Assembly: GCF_009931435.1 (NCBI RefSeq)
Contig: NZ_CP043414.1
Direction: 5' to 3' (one strand)
DNA length: 64,000 nucleotides
Source of the DNA: Escherichia coli
Lineage (GTDB): Bacteria; Pseudomonadota; Gammaproteobacteria; Enterobacterales; Enterobacteriaceae
In this document: in pieces, positions 9,584-23,002 of the stretch
Layout: every line of letters begins with the position of its first letter
How positions within the stretch are numbered: the stretch's first letter is position 1
The notes under the pieces: generated by a model
The model's input: only the letters and a program-made list of their open reading frames with translations
Told to the model about the DNA's origin: nothing
The model's database searches: none
Made by a program: the position numbers and the translations under genes

Positions 9584-11923
9584 ATGAAAAGAAAACTATT
9601 CTGGATTTGTGCAGTGGCTATGGGGATGAGTGCGTTCCCCTCTTTCATGACGCAGGCGACGCCAGCAACGCAACCACTGATCAATGCTGAGCCAGCTGTA
9701 GCCGCCCAGACGGAACAAAATCCGCAGGTGGGGCAAGTGATGCCGGGCGTGCAGGGCGCTGATGCCCCCATCGTGGCGCAGAACGGTCCTTCGCGTGATG
9801 TGAAGCTGACCTTTGCGCAAATTGCGCCACCGCCGGGCAGCATGGTGCTACGTGGCATTAACCCGAACGGCAGCATTGAGTTTGGTATGCGCAGCGATGA
9901 AGTGGTGACGAAGGCGATGCTCAACCTCGAATACACGCCATCGCCATCGTTACTGCCTGTCCAGTCGCAGTTAAAGGTTTATCTCAATGATGAACTGATG
10001 GGCGTGCTGCCAGTGACCAAAGAACAGTTGGGTAAAAAAACGCTGGCACAAATGCCAATTAACCCACTGTTTATTACCGACTTCAACCGTGTGCGGCTGG
10101 AGTTTGTCGGTCATTATCAGGACGTGTGCGAAAATCCGGCCAGCACCACGCTTTGGCTGGATGTTGGGCGGAGCAGTGGACTGGATCTGACCTATCAGAC
10201 CCTGAATGTGAAGAATGATCTGTCACACTTCCCGGTACCATTCTTTGACCCGCGTGATAACCGCACCAACACCTTGCCGATGGTCTTTGCGGGTGCGCCG
10301 GATGTTGGGCTGCAACAAGCATCTGCCATTGTCGCCTCGTGGTTTGGTTCGCGTTCTGGCTGGCGTGGGCAGAACTTCCCGGTGCTCTATAACCAACTGC
10401 CGGATCGCAATGCCATCGTTTTTGCCACTAATGACAAACGCCCGGACTTCCTGCGCGATCATCCGGCGGTAAAAGCCCCGGTGATTGAGATGATCAACCA
10501 TCCACAGAATCCTTACGTCAAACTGCTGGTGGTCTTTGGTCGTGACGACAAAGACCTGTTGCAGGCAGCGAAAGGTATCGCTCAGGGTAACATTCTGTTC
10601 CGTGGTGAAAGCGTGGTAGTGAATGAAGTGAAACCGCTGCTACCGCGTAAGCCGTACGATGCGCCGAACTGGGTGCGTACCGATCGCCCGGTCACCTTTG
10701 GTGAACTAAAAACCTATGAAGAACAGTTACAATCCAGCGGTCTTGAGCCAGCAGCGATTAACGTTTCGCTAAACCTGCCGCCGGATCTCTACCTGATGCG
10801 CAGTACCGGCATTGATATGGATATCAACTATCGCTACACCATGCCGCCGGTGAAAGACAGTTCGCGGATGGATATCAGCCTGAATAACCAGTTCCTGCAA
10901 TCCTTCAACCTGAGCAGTAAACAGGAGGCGAACCGCCTGCTGCTGCGTATTCCGGTATTACAAGGTTTGCTGGATGGCAAAACGGATGTCTCTATTCCGG
11001 CGCTGAAACTGGGCGCGACCAACCAGTTGCGGTTCGACTTTGAGTATATGAACCCGATGCCGGGCGGTTCGGTGGATAACTGTATTACCTTCCAGCCGGT
11101 GCAGAATCATGTGGTGATTGGTGACGACTCCACCATCGACTTCTCGAAGTATTACCACTTCATCCCGATGCCGGATCTACGCGCCTTTGCTAACGCGGGC
11201 TTCCCGTTCAGCCGGATGGCGGATCTGTCACAAACCATCACCGTGATGCCGAAAGCGCCTAACGAAGCACAGATGGAAACCTTGCTGAATACCGTTGGCT
11301 TTATCGGTGCGCAGACGGGCTTCCCGGCGATTAACCTGACGGTGACCGATGATGGCAGCACCATTCAGGGCAAAGATGCCGACATCATGATCATCGGTGG
11401 TATCCCGGACAAACTGAAAGACGACAAGCAGATCGACCTGTTGGTGCAGGCGACCGAAAGCTGGGTGAAAACGCCGATGCGCCAGACCCCGTTCCCCGGC
11501 ATTGTGCCGGACGAGAGCGATCGCGCGGCAGAAACTCAATCAACGCTGACCTCTTCCGGTGCGATGGCAGCGGTGATTGGCTTCCAGTCGCCGTATAACG
11601 ACCAGCGTAGCGTGATTGCGCTGCTGGCAGATAGCCCACGCGGTTATGAAATGCTTAACGATGCGGTGAACGATAGCGGCAAACGCGCCACCATGTTCGG
11701 CTCGGTCGCGGTGATCCGCGAGTCCGGTATCAATAGCCTGCGTGTTGGCGACGTCTATTACGTTGGCCATCTGCCGTGGTTCGAACGCTTATGGTATGCG
11801 CTGGCAAACCATCCGATTCTGCTGGCGGTGCTGGCGGCAATCAGCGTCGTGCTGCTGGCCTGGGTACTGTGGCGTTTGCTGCGTATTATCAGCCGTCGTC
11901 GTCTTAACCCGGATAACGAGTAA
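9584..11923 (+). CDS. bcsB: Cellulose synthase periplasmic subunit BcsB (779 aa)
   Basis: Starts MKRKLFWICAVAMG... with signal peptide and C-terminal membrane anchor; matches BcsB. Confidence 0.95.
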   Translation: MKRKLFWICAVAMGMSAFPSFMTQATPATQPLINAEPAVAAQTEQNPQVGQVMPGVQGADAPIVAQNGPSRDVKLTFAQIAPPPGSMVLRGINPNGSIEFGMRSDEVVTKAMLNLEYTPSPSLLPVQSQLKVYLNDELMGVLPVTKEQLGKKTLAQMPINPLFITDFNRVRLEFVGHYQDVCENPASTTLWLDVGRSSGLDLTYQTLNVKNDLSHFPVPFFDPRDNRTNTLPMVFAGAPDVGLQQASAIVASWFGSRSGWRGQNFPVLYNQLPDRNAIVFATNDKRPDFLRDHPAVKAPVIEMINHPQNPYVKLLVVFGRDDKDLLQAAKGIAQGNILFRGESVVVNEVKPLLPRKPYDAPNWVRTDRPVTFGELKTYEEQLQSSGLEPAAINVSLNLPPDLYLMRSTGIDMDINYRYTMPPVKDSSRMDISLNNQFLQSFNLSSKQEANRLLLRIPVLQGLLDGKTDVSIPALKLGATNQLRFDFEYMNPMPGGSVDNCITFQPVQNHVVIGDDSTIDFSKYYHFIPMPDLRAFANAGFPFSRMADLSQTITVMPKAPNEAQMETLLNTVGFIGAQTGFPAINLTVTDDGSTIQGKDADIMIIGGIPDKLKDDKQIDLLVQATESWVKTPMRQTPFPGIVPDESDRAAETQSTLTSSGAMAAVIGFQSPYNDQRSVIALLADSPRGYEMLNDAVNDSGKRATMFGSVAVIRESGINSLRVGDVYYVGHLPWFERLWYALANHPILLAVLAAISVVLLAWVLWRLLRIISRRRLNPDNE

Positions 11924-11929
11924 TTGAAG

Positions 11930-13036
11930 ATGAATGTGTTGCGTAGTGGACTCGTGACGATGCTGCTGCTGGCTGCCTTTAGTGTTCAGGCAGCCTGCAA
12001 CTGGCCTGCCTGGGAGCAGTTCAAAAAGGATTACATCAGTCAGGAAGGGCGCGTCATCGACCCCAGCGACGCGCGCAAAATCACCACCTCCGAAGGGCAA
12101 AGTTACGGCATGTTCTTTGCCCTGGCGGCTAACGACCGTGCAGCTTTCGATAATATTCTCGACTGGACGCAGAACAATCTCGCTCAGGGTTCTTTAAAAG
12201 AACATTTGCCCGCCTGGCTGTGGGGCAAGAAAGAGAACAGTAAGTGGGAAGTGCTGGACAGCAATTCGGCCTCTGATGGTGATGTCTGGATGGCCTGGTC
12301 GTTGCTGGAGGCGGGGCGTTTGTGGAAAGAGCAGCGTTATACCGACATCGGCAGCGCGTTGTTAAAACGTATTGCGCGGGAGGAAGTGGTGACGGTGCCT
12401 GGGCTGGGTTCCATGTTGTTACCGGGCAAAGTGGGATTTGCTGAGGATAACAGCTGGCGTTTTAACCCCAGCTACCTGCCGCCGACGCTGGCGCAGTATT
12501 TCACCCGCTTTGGCGCGCCGTGGACTACGCTGCGCGAAACCAATCAACGTTTATTGCTGGAAACCGCCCCGAAAGGCTTTTCACCAGACTGGGTGCGCTA
12601 TGAGAAAGACAAAGGCTGGCAGCTAAAAGCCGAAAAAACATTGATCAGCAGCTACGACGCTATCCGTGTTTACATGTGGGTAGGCATGATGCCTGACAGC
12701 GATCCGCAAAAAGCGCGGATGCTCAACCGGTTTAAACCGATGGCGACATTCACCGAGAAAAACGGCTATCCGCCGGAAAAAGTCGATGTGGCTACGGGGA
12801 AAGCGCAGGGTAAAGGACCGGTCGGTTTTTCTGCCGCCATGCTGCCCTTTTTACAAAACCGCGATGCACAGGCCGTTCAGCGCCAGCGCGTGGCCGATAA
12901 CTTTCCCGGCAGCGATGCCTATTACAACTATGTGCTGACCCTGTTTGGACAAGGCTGGGATCAACACCGTTTCCGCTTCTCGACAAAAGGTGAGTTATTA
13001 CCTGACTGGGGCCAGGAATGCGCAAATTCACACTAA
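11930..13036 (+). CDS. bcsZ: Endo-1,4-beta-glucanase BcsZ (GH8 family)
   Basis: 368-aa ORF with signal peptide, starting MNVLRSG...; matches BcsZ. Confidence 0.95.
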   Translation: MNVLRSGLVTMLLLAAFSVQAACNWPAWEQFKKDYISQEGRVIDPSDARKITTSEGQSYGMFFALAANDRAAFDNILDWTQNNLAQGSLKEHLPAWLWGKKENSKWEVLDSNSASDGDVWMAWSLLEAGRLWKEQRYTDIGSALLKRIAREEVVTVPGLGSMLLPGKVGFAEDNSWRFNPSYLPPTLAQYFTRFGAPWTTLRETNQRLLLETAPKGFSPDWVRYEKDKGWQLKAEKTLISSYDAIRVYMWVGMMPDSDPQKARMLNRFKPMATFTEKNGYPPEKVDVATGKAQGKGPVGFSAAMLPFLQNRDAQAVQRQRVADNFPGSDAYYNYVLTLFGQGWDQHRFRFSTKGELLPDWGQECANSH

Positions 13037-16000
13037 ACATATTCACGCTTTCCCTCGGTCTGGCCGTCATGCCGATGGTCGAGGCAGCACCAACCGCTCA
13101 GCAACAGTTGCTGGAGCAAGTTCGGTTAGGCGAAGCGACCCATCGTGAAGACCTGGTGCAACAGTCGTTGTATCGGCTGGAACTTATTGATCCAAATAAC
13201 CCGGACGTCGTTGCCGCCCGTTTCCGTTCTCTGTTACGTCAGGGCGATATTGATGGCGCGCAAAAACAGCTCGATCGGCTGTCGCAGTTAGCGCCGAGTT
13301 CAAATGCGTATAAATCGTCGCGGACCACAATGTTACTTTCTACGCCGGATGGTCGTCAGGCACTGCAACAGGCAAGATTGCAGGCGACTACCGGTCATGC
13401 AGAAGAAGCTGTGGCGAGTTACAACAAGCTGTTCAACGGTGCGCCGCCGGAAGGTGACATTGCCGTCGAGTACTGGAGTACGGTGGCGAAAATTCCGGCT
13501 CGCCGTGGCGAAGCGATTAATCAGCTAAAACGCATTAATGCGGATACGCCAGGCAATACGGGCCTGCAAAACAATCTGGCGCTATTGCTGTTTAGTAGCG
13601 ATCGCCGTGATGAAGGTTTTGCTGTACTGGAGCAGATGGCGAAATCGAACGCCGGGCGCGAGGGAGCCTCTAAAATCTGGTACGGGCAGATTAAAGACAT
13701 GCCTGTCAGCGATGCCAGCGTGCAGGCGCTGAAAAAATATCTCTCTATCTTTAGCGATGGCGACAGCGTAGCTGCTGCGCAATCGCAACTGGCAGAACAG
13801 CAAAAACAACTGGCCGATCCTGCTTTCCGCGCACGTGTGCAAGGTTTAGCGGCGGTGGACTCTGGCATGGCGGGTAAAGCCATTCCCGAACTACAACAGG
13901 CAGTGCGGGCGAACCCGAAAGACAGTGAGGCACTGGGGGCGCTGGGCCAGGCGTATTCTCAGAAAGGCGATCGCGTCAATGCGGTGGCGAATCTGGAAAA
14001 AGCCCTCGCACTGGACCCGCACAGCAGCAACAACGACAAATGGAACAGTCTGCTGAAAGTAAACCGCTACTGGCTGGCGATCCAGCAGGGTGATGCCGCG
14101 CTGAAAGCCAATAATCCTGACCGGGCAGAACGCCTGTTCCAGCAGGCGCGCAGTGTCGATAACACCGACAGCTATGCGGTGTTGGGGCTGGGCGATGTGG
14201 CGATGGCGCGAAAAGATTATTCCGCCGCCGAACGCTATTACCAGCAGACGCTGCGCATGGACAGCGGCAATACCAACGCCGTGCGCGGGCTGGCGAATAT
14301 TTACCGCCAGCAATCGCCAGAAAAAGCAGAAGCGTTTATCGCCTCGCTCTCTGCCAGCCAGCGGCGCAGCATTGATGATATCGAACGTAGCCTGCAAAAC
14401 GATCATCTGGCACAGCAGGCAGAGGCACTGGAAAACCAGGGCAAATGGGCGCAGGCAGCAGCACTTCAGCGGCAACGACTGGCACTGGACCCCGGCAGTG
14501 TATGGATTACTTACCGACTTTCGCAGGATCTCTGGCAGGCCGGACAACGCAGCCAGGCCGATACGTTAATGCGCAATCTCGCGCAGCAGAAGCCGAACGA
14601 CCCGGAGCAGGTTTACGCTTACGGGCTGTACCTCTCAGGTCACGACCAGGACAGAGCGGCACTGGCGCATATCAACAGCCTGCCGCGCGCGCAGTGGAAC
14701 AGCAATATTCAGGAGCTGGTTAATCGGCTGCAAAGCGACCAGGTGCTGGAAACCGCTAATCGCCTGCGAGAAAACGGTAAAGAGGCAGAAGCAGAAGCGA
14801 TGCTGCGCCAGCAACCGCCTTCCTCGCGTATTGATCTGACGCTGGCTGACTGGGCGCAACAACGACGTGATTACGCTGCTGCCCGTGCTGCATATCAGAA
14901 TGTCCTGACGCGGGAGCCAACTAACGCTGATGCCATTCTTGGCCTGACGGAAGTGGATATCGCTGCCGGTGACAAAGCGGCGGCACGTAGCCAACTGGCG
15001 AAACTGCCTGCCACCGATAACGCCTCCCTGAACACACAGCGGCGCGTGGCGCTGGCGCAGGCGCAGCTTGGCGATACCGCAGCGGCGCAGCAGACATTTA
15101 ACAAGCTGATCCCGCAGGCAAAATCTCAGCCACCGTCGATGGAAAGCGCGATGGTACTGCGCGACGGTGCGAAGTTTGAAGCGCAGGCGGGCGATCCAAC
15201 GCAGGCGCTGGAAACCTACAAAGACGCGATGGTCGCATCCGGTGTGACCACGACGCGTCCGCAGGATAACGACACCTTTACCCGGCTGACTCGTAACGAC
15301 GAGAAAGATGACTGGCTGAAACGCGGCGTGCGCAGCGATGCGGCAGATCTCTACCGCCAGCAGGATCTTAACGTCACCCTTGAGCATGATTATTGGGGAT
15401 CGAGCGGCACCGGTGGTTATTCCGATCTGAAAGCGCACACCACTATGTTGCAGGTGGACGCACCGTATTCTGACGGGCGGATGTTCTTTCGCAGTGATTT
15501 CGTCAATATGAACGTCGGCAGTTTCTCCACGAATGCCGATGGCAAATGGGATGACAACTGGGGCACCTGTACATTACAGGACTGTAGCGGCAACCGCAGC
15601 CAGTCGGATTCCGGTGCCAGCGTGGCGGTCGGCTGGCGAAATGACGTCTGGAGCTGGGATATCGGCACCACGCCGATGGGCTTCAACGTGGTGGATGTGG
15701 TCGGCGGCATCAGTTACAGCGATGATATCGGGCCGCTGGGTTACACAGTTAACGCCCATCGTCGGCCCATCTCCAGTTCTTTGCTGGCCTTTGGCGGGCA
15801 AAAAGACTCCCCGAGCAATACCGGGAAAAAATGGGGCGGCGTGCGTGCCGACGGCGTGGGGCTAAGCCTGAGCTACGATAAAGGTGAAGCAAACGGCGTC
15901 TGGGCATCGCTTAGCGGTGACCAGTTAACCGGTAAAAATGTCGAAGATAACTGGCGCGTGCGCTGGATGACGGGCTATTACTATAAGGTCATCAACCAGA

Positions 16001-16491
16001 ATAATCGCCGTGTGACCATTGGCCTGAACAATATGATCTGGCATTACGACAAAGACCTGAGTGGGTACTCACTCGGTCAGGGCGGTTACTACAGCCCGCA
16101 GGAATACCTGTCGTTTGCCATTCCGGTGATGTGGCGTGAACGGACAGAAAACTGGTCGTGGGAGCTGGGGGCGTCTGGTTCGTGGTCGCATTCGCGCACC
16201 AAAACCATGCCGCGGTATCCGCTGATGAATCTGATCCCGACTGACTGGCAGGAAGAAGCTGCGCGGCAATCCAACGATGGCGGCAGCAGTCAGGGCTTTG
16301 GCTATACGGCGCGGGCATTACTTGAGCGTCGCGTCACATCCAACTGGTTTGTCGGTACGGCAATTGATATCCAGCAAGCGAAGGATTACGCGCCCAGCCA
16401 TTTCCTGCTCTACGTACGTTATTCCGCCGCCGGATGGCAGGGTGACATGGATTTACCGCCGCAGCCGCTGATACCTTACGCCGACTGGTAA
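13018..16491 (+). CDS. bcsC: Cellulose synthase outer-membrane subunit BcsC (TPR repeats plus C-terminal beta-barrel)
   Basis: 1157-aa ORF overlapping the bcsZ 3' end by 19 nt; matches BcsC. Confidence 0.95.
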   Translation: MRKFTLNIFTLSLGLAVMPMVEAAPTAQQQLLEQVRLGEATHREDLVQQSLYRLELIDPNNPDVVAARFRSLLRQGDIDGAQKQLDRLSQLAPSSNAYKSSRTTMLLSTPDGRQALQQARLQATTGHAEEAVASYNKLFNGAPPEGDIAVEYWSTVAKIPARRGEAINQLKRINADTPGNTGLQNNLALLLFSSDRRDEGFAVLEQMAKSNAGREGASKIWYGQIKDMPVSDASVQALKKYLSIFSDGDSVAAAQSQLAEQQKQLADPAFRARVQGLAAVDSGMAGKAIPELQQAVRANPKDSEALGALGQAYSQKGDRVNAVANLEKALALDPHSSNNDKWNSLLKVNRYWLAIQQGDAALKANNPDRAERLFQQARSVDNTDSYAVLGLGDVAMARKDYSAAERYYQQTLRMDSGNTNAVRGLANIYRQQSPEKAEAFIASLSASQRRSIDDIERSLQNDHLAQQAEALENQGKWAQAAALQRQRLALDPGSVWITYRLSQDLWQAGQRSQADTLMRNLAQQKPNDPEQVYAYGLYLSGHDQDRAALAHINSLPRAQWNSNIQELVNRLQSDQVLETANRLRENGKEAEAEAMLRQQPPSSRIDLTLADWAQQRRDYAAARAAYQNVLTREPTNADAILGLTEVDIAAGDKAAARSQLAKLPATDNASLNTQRRVALAQAQLGDTAAAQQTFNKLIPQAKSQPPSMESAMVLRDGAKFEAQAGDPTQALETYKDAMVASGVTTTRPQDNDTFTRLTRNDEKDDWLKRGVRSDAADLYRQQDLNVTLEHDYWGSSGTGGYSDLKAHTTMLQVDAPYSDGRMFFRSDFVNMNVGSFSTNADGKWDDNWGTCTLQDCSGNRSQSDSGASVAVGWRNDVWSWDIGTTPMGFNVVDVVGGISYSDDIGPLGYTVNAHRRPISSSLLAFGGQKDSPSNTGKKWGGVRADGVGLSLSYDKGEANGVWASLSGDQLTGKNVEDNWRVRWMTGYYYKVINQNNRRVTIGLNNMIWHYDKDLSGYSLGQGGYYSPQEYLSFAIPVMWRERTENWSWELGASGSWSHSRTKTMPRYPLMNLIPTDWQEEAARQSNDGGSSQGFGYTARALLERRVTSNWFVGTAIDIQQAKDYAPSHFLLYVRYSAAGWQGDMDLPPQPLIPYADW

Positions 16492-16572
16492 GTTTTCAGA
16501 TAGCGCCTCTCTTAATGCCGCTGCGATCGGGTATACTCGGGCGGCAATCTGGGATTTCCGGGGGGAGACAAT

Positions 16573-18561
16573 TTGCGCGTAAGTCGCTCGTTAACAATCA
16601 AGCAGATGGCAATGGTGGCAGCCGTTGTCCTGGTGTTCGTTTTTATTTTTTGCACCGTTTTGCTGTTCCATCTGGTCCAGCAGAATCGCTATAACACGGC
16701 TACGCAACTGGAAAGCATTGCTCGCTCTGTCCGCGAACCCTTATCTTCTGCCATTTTGAAAGGCGATATTCCCGAAGCGGAAGCTATTCTTGCCAGCATT
16801 AAACCGGCAGGCGTGGTCAGCCGTGCCGATGTGGTGCTGCCTAACCAGTTCCAGGCGCTGCGTAAAAGTTTTATTCCAGAGCGTCCGGTGCCGGTAATGG
16901 TTACTCGCATGTTTGAGCTACCGGTGCAAATCTCGCTGGGCGTTTACTCGCTGGAACGTCCGGCAAACCCGCAGCCAATTGCCTATCTGGTGCTACAGGC
17001 GGATTCCTTCCGCATGTATAAGTTCGTGATGAGCACCCTCTCGACGTTAGTGACCATTTACTTACTTTTGTCGTTAATATTGACGGTGGCGATTAGCTGG
17101 TGCATTAACCGCCTGATTTTGCATCCGTTACGCAATATTGCTCGTGAACTTAACGCCATCCCAGCCCAGGAGCTTGTTGGTCACCAACTGGCATTACCAC
17201 GTCTGCATCAGGACGATGAAATCGGTATGCTGGTGCGCAGTTACAACCTCAACCAGCAATTGCTGCAGCGCCATTATGAAGAACAGAACGAAAATGCGAT
17301 GCGCTTCCCGGTGTCGGATTTGCCGAACAAAGCCTTGCTGATGGAGATGCTGGAGCAGGTTGTCGCGCGTAAACAAACCACCGCGCTGATGATTATCACC
17401 TGTGAAACCCTGCGTGATACTGCGGGCGTGCTGAAAGAGGCGCAACGAGAAATTCTGCTGCTGACGCTGGTGGAAAAACTCAAATCGGTACTGTCGCCAC
17501 GTATGATCCTCGCGCAGATTAGTGGTTATGACTTTGCTGTCATTGCCAACGGTGTACAGGAGCCGTGGCATGCTATTACTTTAGGTCAGCAAGTGCTCAC
17601 TATCATGAGCGAGCGCCTGCCGATTGAACGTATTCAACTCCGTCCGCACTGTAGCATTGGCGTGGCGATGTTCTACGGCGATCTCACCGCCGAACAGCTT
17701 TACAGTCGCGCTATTTCTGCGGCATTTACCGCTCGCCATAAAGGTAAGAATCAGATTCAGTTCTTTGATCCGCAGCAGATGGAAGCCGCCCAACAGCGGT
17801 TGACGGAAGAGAGCGATATCCTTAATGCACTGGAAAATCATCAGTTTGCGATTTGGTTACAGCCACAGGTCGAGATGACCAGCGGTAAACTGGTCAGTGC
17901 GGAAGTGTTACTGCGTATCCAGCAACCGGATGGCAGTTGGGATCTGCCGGATGGCTTAATCGATCGCATTGAGTGCTGTGGGCTGATGGTTACCGTCGGT
18001 CACTGGGTGCTGGAAGAGTCCTGTCGACTGCTGGCTGCCTGGCAAGAGCGCGGCATTATGTTGCCCTTGTCGGTAAACCTCTCAGCGCTGCAACTGATGC
18101 ACCCGAATATGGTAGCGGATATGCTGGAACTGTTAACCCGCTATCGCATTCAGCCGGGAACACTGATTCTGGAAGTGACAGAAAGCCGACGTATTGACGA
18201 CCCTCATGCAGCGGTGGCAATCCTCCGCCCGTTGCGTAATGCCGGCGTTCGGGTGGCGCTGGATGATTTCGGCATGGGCTACGCAGGGCTGCGTCAGCTG
18301 CAGCATATGAAATCGTTGCCAATCGACGTGTTAAAAATCGACAAAATGTTTGTTGAAGGCTTGCCGGAAGATAGCAGCATGATTGCTGCAATTATCATGT
18401 TGGCGCAAAGCCTGAACTTACAAATGATTGCCGAAGGCGTGGAGACTGAAGCACAACGCGACTGGCTGGCAAAAGCGGGCGTTGGTATTGCCCAGGGCTT
18501 CCTTTTTGCTCGCCCACTCCCTATTGAAATCTTCGAAGAGAGTTACCTGGAAGAAAAGTAG
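16573..18561 (+). CDS. pdeK: c-di-GMP phosphodiesterase PdeK (YhjK), membrane GGDEF-EAL protein
   Basis: 662-aa ORF with N-terminal TM segment and EAL region. The track start at 16573 is TTG; the nearest in-frame ATG is at about 16606. Confidence 0.9.
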   Translation: MRVSRSLTIKQMAMVAAVVLVFVFIFCTVLLFHLVQQNRYNTATQLESIARSVREPLSSAILKGDIPEAEAILASIKPAGVVSRADVVLPNQFQALRKSFIPERPVPVMVTRMFELPVQISLGVYSLERPANPQPIAYLVLQADSFRMYKFVMSTLSTLVTIYLLLSLILTVAISWCINRLILHPLRNIARELNAIPAQELVGHQLALPRLHQDDEIGMLVRSYNLNQQLLQRHYEEQNENAMRFPVSDLPNKALLMEMLEQVVARKQTTALMIITCETLRDTAGVLKEAQREILLLTLVEKLKSVLSPRMILAQISGYDFAVIANGVQEPWHAITLGQQVLTIMSERLPIERIQLRPHCSIGVAMFYGDLTAEQLYSRAISAAFTARHKGKNQIQFFDPQQMEAAQQRLTEESDILNALENHQFAIWLQPQVEMTSGKLVSAEVLLRIQQPDGSWDLPDGLIDRIECCGLMVTVGHWVLEESCRLLAAWQERGIMLPLSVNLSALQLMHPNMVADMLELLTRYRIQPGTLILEVTESRRIDDPHAAVAILRPLRNAGVRVALDDFGMGYAGLRQLQHMKSLPIDVLKIDKMFVEGLPEDSSMIAAIIMLAQSLNLQMIAEGVETEAQRDWLAKAGVGIAQGFLFARPLPIEIFEESYLEEK

Positions 18562-18707
18562 CTACCCCAAACTGATTACAAAACTTTAAAAAGTGCTGGT
18601 TTGTGCGAGCCAGCTCAAACTTTTTAACCTTTTTGTTTCAATTATGATCCAGGTACATTTCTGTGATGTTGTCTGGGTGTTATTTTAAGGCCGCAGGTAC
18701 CCCATAA

Positions 18708-20030
<1,323 letters not shown>

Positions 20031-20043
20031 TCTCACCACTTAT

Positions 20044-20124
20044 GCCCGCACTCCCTTCCCCGAATGCGGGTGTTTGCGCATAATTGACCCCTGTGCCTGA
20101 ACTTACCACCTGGGTGAGTTCAGG
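20044..20124 (+). terminator. Two tandem stem-loops downstream of dctA
   Basis: cccgcactcccttccccgaatgcggg followed by tgttt, then cctgaact...agttcagg followed by tttattt. Confidence 0.45.
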
Positions 20125-20249
20125 TTTATTTCACTTCTTCCGTGACATTTTCATGTTCTTGCGGTCTAACACGAAGTGTTTTTAACGTCATTTAGACTGA
20201 CCGACAACGGGCAGTTTTTTATTACCAGGATAGTTGATCAGGGGTTCAC

Positions 20250-21746
20250 ATGCAGGGCACAAAAATTCGACTTTTAGCGGGCGGTTTGCTGATGATGGCC
20301 ACTGCTGGCTATGTGCAGGCAGATGCGCTCCAGCCTGATCCAGCATGGCAACAGGGGACGCTTTCCAACGGTTTACAGTGGCAAGTGCTGACCACGCCCC
20401 AGCGTCCCAGCGATCGCGTTGAAATTCGCCTGCTGGTTAATACCGGTTCGCTCGCCGAAAGTACACAACAGAGCGGTTACAGTCACGCCATCCCTCGTAT
20501 TGCGTTAACGCAAAGCGGTGGCCTTGAAGCAGCACAGGCGCGTTCATTGTGGCAGCAGGGGATCGACCCTAAACGCCCGATGCCGCCGGTAATTGTCTCT
20601 TATGACACCACGCTGTTTAATCTGAGTTTGCCCAATAACCGTAACGACTTGCTGAAAGAAGCGCTCTCTTATCTGGCAAATGCCACTGGCAAACTGACTA
20701 TCACGCCAGAAACCATCAACCACGCGCTGCAAAGTCAGGACATGGTGGCAACCTGGCCTGCCGATACTAAAGAGGGCTGGTGGCGCTATCGTCTGAAAGG
20801 ATCAACCTTGTTAGGTCACGATCCTGCCGATCCGCTGAAACAACCCGTTGAAGCGGAAAAGATTAAAGATTTCTATCAGAAATGGTACACCCCGGATGCA
20901 ATGACGCTGCTGGTGGTGGGAAACGTGGATGCGCGCTCGGTTGTCGACCAAATCAACAAAACGTTTGGCGAACTGAAAGGCAAACGTGAAACACCGGCTC
21001 CGGTGCCGACGCTTTCTCCGCTGCGTCCTGAAGCGGTGAGTATTATGACCGATGCGGTACGTCAGGACCGGTTATCTATCATGTGGGATACGCCGTGGCA
21101 GCCAATTCGTGAATCAGCCGCACTGCTGCGCTACTGGCGTGCGGACCTGGCCCGTGAGGCGCTGTTCTGGCACGTTCAGCAAGCGTTAAGCACCAGTAAC
21201 AGCAAAGACATCGGTCTTGGATTTGACTGCCGTGTGCTGTATCTGCGTGCGCAGTGTGCCATCAACATCGAATCACCAAACGACAAGCTGAACAGCAACC
21301 TTAATTTGGTAGCGCGTGAGCTGGCAAAGGTTCGCGATAAAGGTCTGCCGGAAGAAGAGTTCAATGCGTTAGTGGCGCAAAAGAAACTGGAGCTGCAGAA
21401 ACTGTTTGCCGCCTATGCGCGAGCTGATACCGATATTTTGATGGGTCAGCGGATGCGTTCGTTGCAAAATCAGGTCGTTGATATCGCGCCGGAGCAATAT
21501 CAGAAACTGCGCCAGGACTTCCTTAACAGCCTGACGGTGGAGATGTTAAATCAGGATCTGCGTCAGCAGTTGTCGAACGATATGGCGTTAATTCTTCTGC
21601 AGCCGAAAGGCGAGCCAGAATTTAACATGAAAGCGTTGCAGGCGGCCTGGGATCAAATCATGGCCCCATCTACTACTGCTGCCACAACCTCAGTTGCCAC
21701 GGATGACGTACATCCTGAAGTGACGGATATTCCACCCGCACAGTAA
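20250..21746 (+). CDS. yhjJ: Periplasmic M16 peptidase-like protein YhjJ
   Basis: 498-aa ORF with signal peptide; matches YhjJ. Confidence 0.9.
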   Translation: MQGTKIRLLAGGLLMMATAGYVQADALQPDPAWQQGTLSNGLQWQVLTTPQRPSDRVEIRLLVNTGSLAESTQQSGYSHAIPRIALTQSGGLEAAQARSLWQQGIDPKRPMPPVIVSYDTTLFNLSLPNNRNDLLKEALSYLANATGKLTITPETINHALQSQDMVATWPADTKEGWWRYRLKGSTLLGHDPADPLKQPVEAEKIKDFYQKWYTPDAMTLLVVGNVDARSVVDQINKTFGELKGKRETPAPVPTLSPLRPEAVSIMTDAVRQDRLSIMWDTPWQPIRESAALLRYWRADLAREALFWHVQQALSTSNSKDIGLGFDCRVLYLRAQCAINIESPNDKLNSNLNLVARELAKVRDKGLPEEEFNALVAQKKLELQKLFAAYARADTDILMGQRMRSLQNQVVDIAPEQYQKLRQDFLNSLTVEMLNQDLRQQLSNDMALILLQPKGEPEFNMKALQAAWDQIMAPSTTAATTSVATDDVHPEVTDIPPAQ

Positions 21747-21841
21747 TGCCTGATGGTGATGAGTTAGCACAACCATCAGGTATTTATGGATGAGCTGGAT
21801 AGAGGGGTAACACTTTATCCAGCCTTTTGCATATGCTGCTT

Positions 21842-22771
21842 TTACGCAGGCATCGCTTCACGCGGGATAATCGCGCCGCGATACTGAATAACGGTACTTG
21901 CGGTCAGGTGCCCGCGTTTCGCCGCATTTTCCGCACTGCCGCCCGTCAAACGTACCGCCAGATAACCAGCACTGAAAGAGTCGCCAGCTGCGGTGGTATC
22001 GATCACTTTTTCTTTCGGCAGTTTCACCGCCGGGACATCCACTAACCCTTCGCCAGCAATGGACACCAGGCAAGAATCCGCCCCGCGTTTCACCACCACT
22101 TCTTTCACGCCCGCGTTATGGGTGCGCGCAATGACGTCTTCCACCGGTTGTTGACCCCACAGCGCGTCTTCGTCGTCCAGCGTCAGGAAGGCGATATCCG
22201 TGCATTCCAGCATTTGCTGGTACATCTGCTGTGTCTCTTCTTTGCTGGCCCACAAGCGCGGACGGTAGTTATTGTCGAAAATTACTTTTCCGCCGTTGGC
22301 GCGGCATTCGCGCAGCAGGGAAAGCAGCTTTTCGCGGCTGGTCGGGCTTAAGATTGCCAGGCTAATCCCGCTCAGGTAGAGATAATCAAAATTCGCCAGC
22401 TCTGCACAAATCGCTGCGGATTGCTCACTCTCCAGCCAAAATTTGGCGGCGGCTTCGTTACGCCAGTAGTAGAACGTACGTTCGCCAGTGCTGTCGGTTT
22501 CAATGTAGTAAAGACCCGGCAGACGATTTTCCATCCGCTGGGTCAGGGAAGTATCAACGTTCTCGCCTTGCCAGGCGTCCAGCATCTGCTGACTAAAACT
22601 GTCCGTTCCCAGCGCCGTCACGTAATGAACGGTTAATGCCGCAGGATCGACCTGACGGGCGATATAGACGGAAGTGTTCAGGGTATCGCCGCCGAAACCG
22701 CGCTTAACGTCCGCGCCTTTCTCGGAAAGCTCAATCATGCATTCGCCAATCACGGCAATCTTTTTGGACAT
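21842..22771 (-). CDS. kdgK: 2-dehydro-3-deoxygluconokinase KdgK (309 aa)
   Basis: Starts MSKKIAVIGECMIEL...; the 425-aa track ORF is an upstream extension. Confidence 0.95.
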   Translation of the reverse strand: MSKKIAVIGECMIELSEKGADVKRGFGGDTLNTSVYIARQVDPAALTVHYVTALGTDSFSQQMLDAWQGENVDTSLTQRMENRLPGLYYIETDSTGERTFYYWRNEAAAKFWLESEQSAAICAELANFDYLYLSGISLAILSPTSREKLLSLLRECRANGGKVIFDNNYRPRLWASKEETQQMYQQMLECTDIAFLTLDDEDALWGQQPVEDVIARTHNAGVKEVVVKRGADSCLVSIAGEGLVDVPAVKLPKEKVIDTTAAGDSFSAGYLAVRLTGGSAENAAKRGHLTASTVIQYRGAIIPREAMPA

Positions 22772-23002
22772 AGTCGTGAACCTGATCTGTAAAAAATTAG
22801 CGTTAGTTTGCGCTGTGGTGGTTTGCTGGTCAACCATATTAAAACAGTGTTCCATTATTTTTTTGAGCCAGAACGTATTCCTGAAAGATTCCGTAGTGGA
22901 GTGGGGAAATTTAACCCGGTCAGGCGGTAAAGTTCTGCTCTTGCGCGCCGATAATCTTTGTCGAGTCCGGGCAGCATCACTTTTAAACACAGGACATCTT
23001 TG

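Noticed and set aside
14635-15438. 267-aa ORF on the - strand inside bcsC
   Set aside because: Antisense to bcsC, with Arg/Cys-rich low-complexity composition typical of spurious antisense frames.
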